Notes under the pieces: model-generated
Told to the model about the DNA's origin: nothing
Databases searched by the model: none
What the model saw: the letters and a program-made list of their open reading frames with translations, nothing else
Program-made: the position numbers and the translations under genes
Source of the DNA: Candidatus Woesearchaeota archaeon
Lineage (GTDB): Archaea > Nanobdellota > Nanobdellia > SCGC-AAA011-G17 > JAGVZF01
Direction of reading: 5' to 3'
Length of the DNA stretch: 39,467 nucleotides
Assembly: GCA_016185565.1 (NCBI GenBank)
Contig: JACPNH010000019.1
Span: forward strand, 1-39,467
Shown here: in pieces, positions 26,221 through 35,700 of the stretch
Position numbering within the stretch: the stretch's first letter is position 1
Layout of the letters: each line of letters opens with the position of its first letter

Positions 26221-26354
26221 TTGGTATAAAAGGTAAAATTATGATATATAAAGCTGTCGCGCAAGCCGTTAGATGTGAGAAGTAGACGTGAATTTTTGTG
26301 CAAAGTTTGTTTTCAAAAGGTTTATATATTTTTTACTTTATATTAAAACTTCAG

Positions 26355-26588
26355 ATGGAAGATATTTTAGAATGCCCGCAATGTAGATCAAGAGAAATAA
26401 GTTTAATTCCTGATCAAACAGCCAAGTTTATATACAAATGCAACAATTGCAACTATTCTGGGCCCAGGATAATAAAATTGGATAAGCTAGAAGAGCAGAA
26501 GAAAAAATTAATGTCTATGACACTGTCTAAAGGCACAAGAAAAGAGATTGAAGAAGCTCTTAGAAAGAAGAAGGCTGGGATAAAATGA
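26355..26588 (+). CDS. Small Zn-ribbon protein
   Basis: CPQC...CNNC; ATG at 26355 preferred over GTG at 26298. Confidence 0.7.
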   Translation: MEDILECPQCRSREISLIPDQTAKFIYKCNNCNYSGPRIIKLDKLEEQKKKLMSMTLSKGTRKEIEEALRKKKAGIK

Positions 26589-26770
26589 TATACTGCCATA
26601 AATGCGGAAGAAGGACTGGCAAGCATGCTAATGTATGCAGTAACTGCGGGTCTTATTTGAGAAAAAGAGGGCATAGCACAAATTATACTTTAGTTATTAT
26701 AAGAGCAATTTTGCTTGTTGCTTTAGTCTTGTTTTTTATTTATTTATTCAATAAATATTTGGGAACTTAA
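26585..26770 (+). CDS. Zn-ribbon protein with a C-terminal TM helix
   Basis: YCHKCG...VCSNCG plus a hydrophobic tail; ATGA overlap with the previous gene. Confidence 0.75.
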   Translation: MIYCHKCGRRTGKHANVCSNCGSYLRKRGHSTNYTLVIIRAILLVALVLFFIYLFNKYLGT

Positions 26771-26780
26771 TAATTTAGAT

Positions 26781-27092
26781 TCACGATTCTAACATTTCTA
26801 TTTCTATAGAAACACCTTCAGGAATAGGAACCCTCATTACTAAGCGTAAGGCTCTTTCATCTAATCCGAGATCAATCAATCTTTTATGAATACGCATTTC
26901 AAACCTGTCAAAAGAAGCCTTTCCCTCCCCATCAGGACTTTTTCTTGTGGTGATTTTTAATCTTTTAGTAGGCAATGGAATAGGACCATAAATTGTTACA
27001 CCAGTTTTTTCAGCAATCTCTCTAATTGAATTACATATTTGATTTAACTTGTCTACTTCTGTGGAGGCTAAATTGATTCTTGCCTTTTGCAT
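26781..27092 (-). CDS. rpsJ: 30S ribosomal protein uS10
   Basis: [21 protein letters not shown]...[11 protein letters not shown]; true start MQKARI at 27092. Confidence 0.97.
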   Translation of the reverse strand: MQKARINLASTEVDKLNQICNSIREIAEKTGVTIYGPIPLPTKRLKITTRKSPDGEGKASFDRFEMRIHKRLIDLGLDERALRLVMRVPIPEGVSIEIEMLES

Positions 27093-27135
27093 GATTGTAA
27101 AAGAAAAATAGTAATTTATAAAGCTTACTAAAAAG

Positions 27136-27227
27136 CTATGAATTTTCAGCATATTTTTTAATAAAGAGGTGTACTATTTAATTGGAGTTCTTGCATTCGC
27201 AAATTCTTTGAAGAAGCTTATTATCAT
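27136..27227 (-). pseudogene. Internally deleted relic of a paralog of ORF 27721-28455
   Basis: Begins MIISFFKEFAN (versus MIISFFEEFPN); another frame ends FIKKYAENS* (versus LLKQYA*). Confidence 0.6.
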
Positions 27228-27313
27228 TTATAAACTATGCAATTCCCTCATTTATGTAATTTTATAGGCTTAAATTCAAAAGATTTATAATTTTAGATAA
27301 ATCTGGTTATTAT

Positions 27314-27724
27314 ATGGCAAGATTCTTTAGAAGAGTGACCATAGTCAGAGTGGAAAAACCATCAAGATTTACGATTAATGAAGAGATACAGTGGTTTTCA
27401 AATAGTCTAGGCCTATTTGGAGAAAGGGATAAGGAAAAATCAAAATTCAGAATATTCCTAGAACTTTTAAAGGCTGCAAAGCTTAAGAAAGGACTGAGTA
27501 CGGAACAATTGTCAGAAAAAACTAATTTAACTAGGGCTACAATAATACATCATCTCAACTTGTTAATGGAGCAGGGATTAGTTATAGAAAAAGATGGGAA
27601 GTATTATCTAAGACTGCAAACCTTAGAGGAATTAGTTGGAGCCTTGCAACAAGACATAAGAGAAATATTTGGCGAGCTTTATAAAATTGCAGAGTCAATA
27701 GACAAGGAACTCGGATTGAAATGA
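27314..27724 (+). CDS. Winged-helix (ArsR/TrmB-like) transcriptional regulator
   Basis: LSTEQLSEKTNLTRATIIHHLNLLMEQGLV HTH followed by a coiled tail. Confidence 0.85.
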   Translation: MARFFRRVTIVRVEKPSRFTINEEIQWFSNSLGLFGERDKEKSKFRIFLELLKAAKLKKGLSTEQLSEKTNLTRATIIHHLNLLMEQGLVIEKDGKYYLRLQTLEELVGALQQDIREIFGELYKIAESIDKELGLK

Positions 27725-28455
27725 TTATTAGTTTCTTTGAAGAGTTTCCCAATAGTGAAAATTTAGAAAAATTAGAACTTGTTGATTGGGATACTAAACT
27801 ATATTTAGCAAGTAAAAGCCTCAAAGAGTTCCATAGAATAAGAAGAGGGATAAAAAATGAACATGTTAGAGAGCTTATTTATTGGCCCATTTTAAAGCAT
27901 GATTATTATATATCACCATTTTCTAAAAGAAAAAATTTAGAGGCTATTTTTAATGAAATCGGAGATGAAAATGTGAGTGTTCTTTTGGATGCGGAGTGGC
28001 CATTAAAAAAAAGGGTGGCATTAAAAGAAATTTTTAGTTTTTTTGGCAATAGAAGACTAATAAGGAATTTTGTTTTGCAACATAATAATATATACGTGGC
28101 TGAATATTATCATATGGGGGCGTTTATGGACGCTATTTATGGGTTTTTAGGGTTGCATTTTGATCCAAATAAATTTAATAATAGAGCCATCAGAATGGTT
28201 TATCATTCCTTGCATAATTTTGATAAAAACACCATTAATGAGCTGAGAAGATGCGAGGAAAGTTATAAAGATAAATTTTTGGTTGCTTATGGCACTATTG
28301 CTAGAGGAATTTTAAAAAATGAACCCATTCTGCCTCTTTCTAGATTAGAAGAAGATTTAATTATTGCCAAGGAACTAGGAATAAGAGAGGTTGTTATTTA
28401 TAGATTGGGTGGCTTGAATGAGGATTATGCTAGGTTATTAAAACAATATGCATAA
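27721..28455 (+). CDS. Conserved hypothetical protein (possible TIM barrel)
   Basis: Alternating beta/alpha pattern, LLDAEWP and a terminal VVIYRLGG; function not assigned. Confidence 0.65.
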   Translation: MIISFFEEFPNSENLEKLELVDWDTKLYLASKSLKEFHRIRRGIKNEHVRELIYWPILKHDYYISPFSKRKNLEAIFNEIGDENVSVLLDAEWPLKKRVALKEIFSFFGNRRLIRNFVLQHNNIYVAEYYHMGAFMDAIYGFLGLHFDPNKFNNRAIRMVYHSLHNFDKNTINELRRCEESYKDKFLVAYGTIARGILKNEPILPLSRLEEDLIIAKELGIREVVIYRLGGLNEDYARLLKQYA

Positions 28456-28457
28456 TT

Positions 28458-28652
28458 TTATTTTTCTATTTCTTTTTTTAATCCCTTTTCATAAGCACCT
28501 GTCCATTTAAAGAATGTTGGCTTTCTTTTTAACTTAATCAGGTTTTTCTCGCATTTATTGCTGCAGAAATTCAAGATTTTACCAGATCTCAATACAAGAA
28601 TCTTTCCTGTCCCTCTTGGAATATTGCATTTACAAAAACTACAGATTGCCAT
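28458..28652 (-). CDS. rpl24e: 50S ribosomal protein eL24
   Basis: CSFC...GTG...G..LNFCSNKCEKN...KWT. Confidence 0.96.
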   Translation of the reverse strand: MAICSFCKCNIPRGTGKILVLRSGKILNFCSNKCEKNLIKLKRKPTFFKWTGAYEKGLKKEIEK

Positions 28653-28653
28653 T

Positions 28654-28932
28654 TTAGCGTTTCTTTTGTGTTAGACGGCGAGCTTCTATTTCTGTTTCTC
28701 TTAGCATTAATATATCGCCTTCCTTTACAGGGCCTTTGCAGTTCCTTCTTATTATTTTACCGGCATCCCTGCCTTCTAGGATTTTTACTCGTACTTGGGT
28801 TACCTCTCCTCTAGCTCCGGTTCTGCCAATGGTTTCTTCTACTCTAGCAGGGAATGCTCTGGTAAATATTGATTTTTCCCTAAATTCTTCACGTTTAATT
28901 TCTTTTACGGGAGCGTGAGAAGATTTTTCCAT
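28654..28932 (-). CDS. rps28e: 30S ribosomal protein eS28 with an N-terminal extension
   Basis: [19 protein letters not shown]...[28 protein letters not shown]. Confidence 0.96.
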   Translation of the reverse strand: MEKSSHAPVKEIKREEFREKSIFTRAFPARVEETIGRTGARGEVTQVRVKILEGRDAGKIIRRNCKGPVKEGDILMLRETEIEARRLTQKKR

Positions 28933-28934
28933 TT

Positions 28935-29270
28935 TTATTTATTAAGTTCCTTGATAATATCCTTAGAATCTCCCTCCTTTATTATTGCGACTGCAGATGT
29001 TGGAACACTTAAACCAGCGCTTAATCCAAGTTCCTGCCTGCTTGGAACTGGAATTAATGGAATATTTTTTTCCTTGCATAATAAAGGCAGATGCATTATT
29101 ATTTCCTTAGGATTTACATCAGTAGCAACAACTACTAATTTTGCTTGGCCTCTTTCAATAGTTTTAGTGACTTCGTTAATGCCTTTTTTTACTTTGCCAG
29201 TTTTTTTGGCAATTTCAACAGCTTCCAAAGCCCTCTTAGTAGTTTCTTTTGAAACTTCTTTAAACTCCAT
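28935..29270 (-). CDS. rpl7ae: Ribosomal protein L7Ae (eL8)
   Basis: [37 protein letters not shown]; conserved L7Ae-S28e-L24e order. Confidence 0.97.
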   Translation of the reverse strand: MEFKEVSKETTKRALEAVEIAKKTGKVKKGINEVTKTIERGQAKLVVVATDVNPKEIIMHLPLLCKEKNIPLIPVPSRQELGLSAGLSVPTSAVAIIKEGDSKDIIKELNK

Positions 29271-29387
29271 TTTTAACCTCCTTCATAAATTCAATCACAG
29301 GTTTAGATTTTTGTAAAATAGAGCTTTATAAAGGTTTTGGATTGTTAGCGGGAAGATTTTTATATTAATGTTTTTTATTTAATTGAT

Positions 29388-30392
29388 ATGGGAGTTCAAC
29401 TAGGCAATATAATTCCAAAGCACGAAATTAAGATAGAAGCTTTAAATGGAAAGATTGTTGCTATAGATGCTTCTAATATTTTGTATCAGTTTTTAAGTTC
29501 AATAAGACAGCAAGATGGAACTCCATTAAAGGATTCTGAAGAAAATATAACTAGCCATTTGGTCGGCTTGAGCACAAGAATACCAAAATTAATGTCAGAA
29601 GGATTAAGAATTTGCTTTGTTCTTGATGGGAAGAGCCCAGAATTAAAAGGTAAGGAGCAAGAAGATCGCGAGATTAAGAAATTAATGGCTGAAGAAAAAT
29701 TACATCAAGCTAAGGAATTAGAAGATGTTGAGTTAATGCACAAGTACAGTATGCAAACTACAAGGCTTAGTAAAGATATGATTAAGGAAGCAAGGGAATT
29801 AATGGAATATTTTGGATTGCCAGTAATTCAAGCTCCTAGCGAGGCAGAAGCGCAGGCTGCATTTATGACTACAAGAGATGTATATGCCATAGTAAGCCAG
29901 GACTATGATAGTTTGTTATTTGGGGCTGTAAAAGTAGTTAGGAACCTTACTATTTCGCAAAGAAAAAAATTACCTAGTGGAGGAAGTATAGCCATTAAGC
30001 CTGAAATAATTTATTTGGAGGAGGTTCTAGATAGCTTAGGAATAAAACAGGATCAATTAATTGTTATGGGCATTTTAATTGGAACTGACTTCAACAACAA
30101 AGGTGTAAAAGGTATCGGGCCAAAGAATGCATTAAAATTGATTAAACAGCATAAAGATTATGGCAAATTGTTTAAAAGTGTTAATGCAGATTTTGACTGG
30201 AAGGAAATTTATGACATATTTAAAAAAATGCCCGTGCTTAAAGATTACAAGCTTAAATGGGGCCATATTAATGAGGAAAAGATCAAAGAGCTTTTAATAG
30301 ATAAGCATGATTTCAGCAAAGAAAGAGTAGACAAGATATTCGAAACTCTTGGAAGAAAAACAGGGCAGTCTGGATTGGACAGATGGTTTTGA
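29388..30392 (+). CDS. fen: Flap endonuclease 1
   Basis: MGV, AIDASN.LYQFL, EAEAQAA, SQDYDSLLFG, GTDFN..GVKGIGPK, and PIP box QSGLDRWF. Confidence 0.97.
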   Translation: MGVQLGNIIPKHEIKIEALNGKIVAIDASNILYQFLSSIRQQDGTPLKDSEENITSHLVGLSTRIPKLMSEGLRICFVLDGKSPELKGKEQEDREIKKLMAEEKLHQAKELEDVELMHKYSMQTTRLSKDMIKEARELMEYFGLPVIQAPSEAEAQAAFMTTRDVYAIVSQDYDSLLFGAVKVVRNLTISQRKKLPSGGSIAIKPEIIYLEEVLDSLGIKQDQLIVMGILIGTDFNNKGVKGIGPKNALKLIKQHKDYGKLFKSVNADFDWKEIYDIFKKMPVLKDYKLKWGHINEEKIKELLIDKHDFSKERVDKIFETLGRKTGQSGLDRWF

Positions 30393-30393
30393 G

Positions 30394-31923
30394 TTAAGTT
30401 CTTGGTGTCAAACTCAGACTTTTTAATAAGACTTGTTCTATTTCATTGTGTAAGGCATTTAATGCAGAATGTTGGGCTTGTAGTTGTGCTCTTAAACCCG
30501 CAATATCCTTATTCTTTAAATTATCTGCGCTTGTGATAGAAATTTCTTTTCCTAAATTTTCTCTTATTTTCCTTGTCAATTCTATCGCCCTCGCGTAATT
30601 TGATGCAAGAACAGCTTTGTTTAATTCATTAACATAATTTATGTCGTCTCTATTAAACTGGGATAATGTAGCATATATTTTAATTCTCTGCGGATTCACA
30701 AGTTTTCTTATGTTATTCAATGTTATTGCAATATTTGACCTTAATCTTTCGATTTCTGATTCTTTATTTTTCAATACTGGATCATTTATATTTTTTGTTA
30801 TATCTTGCAATTCTTTGAAAACTCTTTTTTGGTCGTTAATTTGTTTTTTGGTTTCTATATTGAGTAAGTTAACATCTTGAGATTCTAGTTTTCTTTCTTG
30901 CTCTATTAGTTTTGTTGATGCTGATAAATCAGTAAACAACTGCTGGATTAAACCATTTAACCTTGTTTGAGCTTCTTGGTATCTTTGCTTTAATGTATTA
31001 ATTTGAGAAATGACATTTGGATCTTTGCTTTGGAATTTTAGATTAGTATCATTAAGATCTCTGATTAGAGCTTCTGTCTGAGTAATCATCCTTAATCTGT
31101 TCTGTTCATTTTTTAATAAATCTACTGAGAGTTGATTTTGCTGATTCTGGATATTTTGCATCAGTCTATCCAGTTGCTGCAGTTCACTAGTAATTTTTGT
31201 TAATTTTTCTTGGTCTCTGTGCTGAAACCAAGGTCTTGTTGCCCCGCTAATCACACTTGCAGCCCCACCAACTAAATTGCTTGATGCATTGAATAGTTCA
31301 TCAGGTGTTCTAAGATTGTTTATTCCAACTACACCGCCGCGAAAAAACATTATACGACCGATAATCAAAAAAACAATTATAGCAGTAATGGCTGTTAGTA
31401 TTGTCCATAAACCGAAAAAATTTTTGTCTATTTGTTTGGTGTAATCGCCTAGGCCGATACTTAATGCCCAGTAAGCTATTAAATAAAACAAAGCATATGT
31501 GTAGAAACCGCCAATCTTGTTTTTTCTTAATGCAGTATAAATTGTTCCTATTAGCACAAGTAGTCCAACAAGAAGGCCTAATTTCCCGAGATCTCCTAAA
31601 TAGAAATTGGCTGCTTTTTCTCCCGAATAAAATATCAGCCCCATTATACTTCCAATAACCCATCCGATATTTCTGTTACCAAATTTGTTACCGTAAACTC
31701 CTACTGCAACTATAGATATAGCAATAGCTACTAGGATAGAGTCTATGGCTTGTCCATGTCCAAGGGGCTCTTTAGTGTATAAATTAGGTCCAAAAACACT
31801 ACCTAATGTATCGAAAGCATCTCCTAAAACACCTCGGCCACTAGCTGCAAAAGTAAAACCTGCTATAAAAATTACAAATAAGAAAATATAAATTACTAAA
31901 AGCCCTCTTTTTTTCATTTCCAT
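30394..31923 (-). CDS. Polytopic membrane protein with a long C-terminal coiled coil
   Basis: About 6 hydrophobic helices in the first 200 aa, then about 270 aa of Q/N/L heptads. Confidence 0.8.
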   Translation of the reverse strand: MEMKKRGLLVIYIFLFVIFIAGFTFAASGRGVLGDAFDTLGSVFGPNLYTKEPLGHGQAIDSILVAIAISIVAVGVYGNKFGNRNIGWVIGSIMGLIFYSGEKAANFYLGDLGKLGLLVGLLVLIGTIYTALRKNKIGGFYTYALFYLIAYWALSIGLGDYTKQIDKNFFGLWTILTAITAIIVFLIIGRIMFFRGGVVGINNLRTPDELFNASSNLVGGAASVISGATRPWFQHRDQEKLTKITSELQQLDRLMQNIQNQQNQLSVDLLKNEQNRLRMITQTEALIRDLNDTNLKFQSKDPNVISQINTLKQRYQEAQTRLNGLIQQLFTDLSASTKLIEQERKLESQDVNLLNIETKKQINDQKRVFKELQDITKNINDPVLKNKESEIERLRSNIAITLNNIRKLVNPQRIKIYATLSQFNRDDINYVNELNKAVLASNYARAIELTRKIRENLGKEISITSADNLKNKDIAGLRAQLQAQHSALNALHNEIEQVLLKSLSLTPRT

Positions 31924-31998
31924 CGAGTTTAAATTAACATTAGGATGTTTATAAACATTTTGAAAAACTTTATATACGAAGATGCTTATTTTTAATCA

Positions 31999-32637
31999 AT
32001 GCAAAAAAAGAGGACTGGAGCTAATTTTAAGAGTATCGTTAAAGAAGAGAAAATAATTGAAGACCTTGAAAGAGCACAATTGAAAAAACTGGGCAAGGAA
32101 GATAGAAGGCTTAATCGTCTTGAGAAAGAAGAAGAAAAACTTGAAAGATTGACAAAGAAAGAGCTTCAAGAGTTGGAGGAATTAAAGCAGCTGGAAGAGG
32201 AAATTAAAAAAAGCGTGAAGGAAAGCCCCTTGAAAAGAATAACTACAAAAGATATGGCTCGAGGCTTGGTTGGGAGCTTTTTTGGTATAGTTGCTCATTT
32301 TGCATTTGCTAAAGGTGTAGAATTTACAGAACAACCTTCTTTTACTATGGTGAGAGCTACAATTTTATTTATTATATCCATAGGTATAGGGTTTATTTTT
32401 TTGTATGCAACTGGCTATAGAGAAATTAAAGATATGAAGCTCCTATCAATATTGCCCATAAGGTTGATAGTGATTTTCGGAATTTCTATGGTTTCAATCT
32501 TGGCTGTATTGTCTATCTATGGGATAATAAATTCGCATTCAACCTTTCAGGAAATATACAAGCAAGTAGCTGCGATCTCGCCATTAGCTATTATAGGTGC
32601 AGCGACAGCAGATTTGATTGGAAAGAAAAATGACTAG
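31999..32637 (+). CDS. Membrane protein with an N-terminal E/K coiled coil (DUF2391-like)
   Basis: Charged helix, then KDMARGLVGSFFG, four TM segments and IGAATADLIGK. Confidence 0.7.
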   Translation: MQKKRTGANFKSIVKEEKIIEDLERAQLKKLGKEDRRLNRLEKEEEKLERLTKKELQELEELKQLEEEIKKSVKESPLKRITTKDMARGLVGSFFGIVAHFAFAKGVEFTEQPSFTMVRATILFIISIGIGFIFLYATGYREIKDMKLLSILPIRLIVIFGISMVSILAVLSIYGIINSHSTFQEIYKQVAAISPLAIIGAATADLIGKKND

Positions 32638-33016
32638 AGAATTTTTATCCCAGATAATTGTAAAAAGGAAAACTTTTTTAGATGGTTTAGATAAAATGAT
32701 AGAAAATATTATTAAGGTTGCATCAGCGCGTCTTAAGGTAGAAATGTATTATACTAATGCATATGTAATAATCGATGCATTAATCGGTATAGATGAGGAC
32801 CTAGCCGGAGGATATAGAAATTCTAAAAAAGAGCTACAAGAAGAAAAGGCTTGTTTAATAGGATTAAGAGACCAAATAACAAACCTCAGGAGCTATGCGA
32901 AACATAGCGATGTTACAGATCCTGCCTTTTTTAGACTAGTTAATGCTCTGAATGCTAAGTTTAGTGAATTGCTTAAAATAAACTCTAAAGTTAACAATGT
33001 TTTAAGAATAAGATAA
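32630..33016 (+). CDS. Hypothetical helical protein
   Basis: ATG at 32630 overlaps the upstream gene end; all-helical composition. Confidence 0.6.
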   Translation: MTREFLSQIIVKRKTFLDGLDKMIENIIKVASARLKVEMYYTNAYVIIDALIGIDEDLAGGYRNSKKELQEEKACLIGLRDQITNLRSYAKHSDVTDPAFFRLVNALNAKFSELLKINSKVNNVLRIR

Positions 33017-33062
33017 GTTTTTAAAAAGGTTTATATATTAATTACAATTTAAGTCATAAAAG

Positions 33063-33488
33063 ATGGCCGAACTTATTATAATTCCTGCAATAATCATTGG
33101 TGCGCTGATTGGTTTTTATGAATTAATCTTAATACATAAAGATGAAAATTTTAGGGGAAGTCATTGGTTAACACATGGGTTGCACGCTGCTTTCTTTGCA
33201 GTCATATTTACATTTGCTTCTATGAATGTCGATTTTGTCAAGGAATTACTGCCTTTTCTTGATGCACTTGGCATATTTGGAAGCGCTTTAATGATTAGGC
33301 TTTTAATAGGAGTTTTAGCAGTATTTAAAATTCAAGCAGCCTCTGCAGTTGTGCGGGGCGGGGCTGGAGTGGCTGCTCGAGGATTAAGAGAACATTTTAT
33401 ACATACAGTTATAGTTGCTTCGTTAATAGTTTTAGTGCCTTATATTTATCCTTACATAGAGCCTTTATTTCCAGAATTCTTGAAATAA
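33063..33488 (+). CDS. Four-TM membrane protein with His-rich motifs
   Basis: YELILIHKDE, HWLTHGLHA and EHFIHT motifs in or near TM helices. Confidence 0.75.
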   Translation: MAELIIIPAIIIGALIGFYELILIHKDENFRGSHWLTHGLHAAFFAVIFTFASMNVDFVKELLPFLDALGIFGSALMIRLLIGVLAVFKIQAASAVVRGGAGVAARGLREHFIHTVIVASLIVLVPYIYPYIEPLFPEFLK

Positions 33489-33523
33489 AAAGATTTAATA
33501 TTTGGAGTTATTGATAAAAATTT

Positions 33524-34315
33524 ATGTTAACAGCAAAAGATTTAAAATTAATTCCGAAAAGCTTTGATGTCATAGGAGATATTTTAGTGTTTGCTGATTT
33601 TCCTAAAGAACTTATTAAAAAAGAAAAGAAAATAGGAAGTTATCTCCTTAAAAAATTAAAGAACGTAAAAGTAGTGACTAGAAAAACCAGGCATTTTTCT
33701 GGAGTTTATAGACTGCAAAAATTAAAAATAATGGCTGGTGAAGAGAGAAAAGAAACCTTGCATAAAGAGAATAACTGCATGTTTAAGTTAAATGTCGAAA
33801 CTTGTTATTTTAGCCCCAGACTAGGAAATGAAAGATTAAGAATTGCTAAGCAAGTAAAGAAAAATGAAAAAATTTTGGTTATGTTCAGCGGGGTAAGCGT
33901 ATATTCTATTATCCTTAGCAAGAAATCAAATGCCAGAGAAATTTATGATATAGAGATAAATCCTATTGCTAATAAATATGCAGAAGAGAATTTGGTTTTG
34001 AATAAAGTTAGGAATGTTAAGTTGATAAGAGGAGATGTAAGGAAAATAGTTCCAAAACTAAAAAAAAAGTTTGATAGGATAGTGATGCCATTGCCTAAAG
34101 GCGGAGAAGATTTTTTAGAGTTGGCATTAAATAAAATTAAAAAAAATGGCGTAATACATTTTTATGATTTTTTAAGGGAAGAAGAGATTCCAGAAACTGG
34201 AATAGAAAAAATCAAAAAAATGAAAAGGAAATTTAAAATTTTGAATGTTGTAAAATGTGGGCAGATTGCGCCTGAAAAGTATAGAGTTTGCTTTGATATA
34301 AAAATATTAAATTAA
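33524..34315 (+). CDS. trm5: Trm5/Met-10 family tRNA G37 methyltransferase (short form lacking the D1 domain)
   Basis: SFDVIGDI, ETLHKEN, YFSPRL..ER.RI, MFSGV, EINP and DRIVMPLP. Confidence 0.9.
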   Translation: MLTAKDLKLIPKSFDVIGDILVFADFPKELIKKEKKIGSYLLKKLKNVKVVTRKTRHFSGVYRLQKLKIMAGEERKETLHKENNCMFKLNVETCYFSPRLGNERLRIAKQVKKNEKILVMFSGVSVYSIILSKKSNAREIYDIEINPIANKYAEENLVLNKVRNVKLIRGDVRKIVPKLKKKFDRIVMPLPKGGEDFLELALNKIKKNGVIHFYDFLREEEIPETGIEKIKKMKRKFKILNVVKCGQIAPEKYRVCFDIKILN

Positions 34316-34329
34316 AAAATTAATTATAC

Positions 34330-35655
34330 TTATAATCCTAAACTAACAAGCTCTTTCTTTTTTATGAATACGGCGCTAGGAGTTTCACCGCCATGCCAGC
34401 TTATTCTAGGTCTAATTTTTACTGGATAAATTCTTTCGGAGTTGTCATCTAGTATTATGGCAGAGCCTTTTAAAGAAGGCAATTCGTTTAAATAGCGCTG
34501 TATATCTGCAACTAAATAACTTTGAGACATTGCATTTAGAGCTTCTATGTCTCTTTTTGCAGTTAATCTATGGCTTATTACAACATCGGTTTGGGTTATT
34601 ACATCTCTATGGATTTCTCCAGGTTGTTGCGTTGCAAGCACTAGTGAAATTCCCGGTTGTCTGCCCTCTCTTAATATTTGCACTAAAGCATCTGTAGCAG
34701 GTGTTTTTTTGTCGCGAGGCAGGAATTCATGACTTTCATCTAATAAAAACCAAACTAAAGGCATCTCTTTTTTATTTTCTTCATTTTCTGAAAATAGAAA
34801 ACTGCTTTTCTCTATATCTTTAAGCTCTTCTATTTTTCTTGCTTTTATTCTGTCACTTAATAATTTTCTTGAGATTATTGAAATTGCTATGCTCTTGATA
34901 TTAGTTGAGCCTGAAATATGAGTGTAGGCACTTAGGTCTAGTATAGAAACTTTCCCAGGCATTATTAAATCATTAATTTCCGTGCCATGTTTATCAAATA
35001 GACCCCAAGATTTAACTGCCTGAAATCTATTCTCTGCCGCATTTTTTGTGTTCTCATCTGGTTTTTTATCTTTTTGTATCTCCTTAATTATTTCATCTAT
35101 GCCATAAGTTTGATCTTGTAACTGTGATAAAGTACGTTCTATTAAAATTCCAATATTGCTAGTAATTTCCAAGTCAAATACGTTGCACCAATCTTCTGCA
35201 TTTAACTCGGAGGTTTTTATAGTAAATGGTATGTCTACAGGTATTCCATATTTTTTGTAATTTTTAAAGTAACCAGACGGAGCGTAGATTGTTACATTAA
35301 ATGTATCTGGTTTAAGATTCCATTCATTTAGCAGATCTTCCTCTCTTTTATTTGGGTATTTCATAGTCCAAAAAATTCCCATTGTGTCAAACATTACAAT
35401 AGATAGTTGTTGGGAAATTTCTTTTGGCAATTTTAACATTTCTTCTGCTAGAACCGAGATTGTCGTGCTTTTTCCCGAACCCCTCTTTCCAGAAACTAAG
35501 ATTACATGAGGTCTTGCAACATCTATCAGAATCCTATTGCTTAAAGAAGTAGTTTGGCCCATTTTTACATAGTGCTTGCCCATGTAAACGAGGCCCTTGT
35601 CACCCAACTTTTTTTTGTCGGATTCGTCTCTGCCGATTATAATATCATTAGTCAT
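34330..35655 (-). CDS. HerA/VirB4-like ATPase (DUF87)
   Basis: Walker A GKRGSGKS, FDTMG, Walker B LDESHEF, and REGRQPGISLVLATQQP (arginine finger/motif 4). Confidence 0.9.
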   Translation of the reverse strand: MTNDIIIGRDESDKKKLGDKGLVYMGKHYVKMGQTTSLSNRILIDVARPHVILVSGKRGSGKSTTISVLAEEMLKLPKEISQQLSIVMFDTMGIFWTMKYPNKREEDLLNEWNLKPDTFNVTIYAPSGYFKNYKKYGIPVDIPFTIKTSELNAEDWCNVFDLEITSNIGILIERTLSQLQDQTYGIDEIIKEIQKDKKPDENTKNAAENRFQAVKSWGLFDKHGTEINDLIMPGKVSILDLSAYTHISGSTNIKSIAISIISRKLLSDRIKARKIEELKDIEKSSFLFSENEENKKEMPLVWFLLDESHEFLPRDKKTPATDALVQILREGRQPGISLVLATQQPGEIHRDVITQTDVVISHRLTAKRDIEALNAMSQSYLVADIQRYLNELPSLKGSAIILDDNSERIYPVKIRPRISWHGGETPSAVFIKKKELVSLGL

Positions 35656-35700
35656 TCAATTAAACCATACTTTTATAAATTTATATCTTTTTCTCTTTTT

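Noticed and set aside
26250-26300. Slightly GC-richer patch upstream of tRNA-Ser as a possible ncRNA
   Set aside because: No convincing stem or known motif; it lies between divergent promoters.
34330-35655. Canonical HerA of the HerA-NurA repair operon
   Set aside because: There is no N-terminal HAS barrel and no nurA, mre11 or rad50 adjacent.
35554-35700. N-terminal extensions given by the ORF track for the PPIase (also uS10, LAGLIDADG and the 26298 ORF)
   Set aside because: They overlap neighbouring genes or promoters; downstream ATGs fit TATA spacing and family N-termini better.
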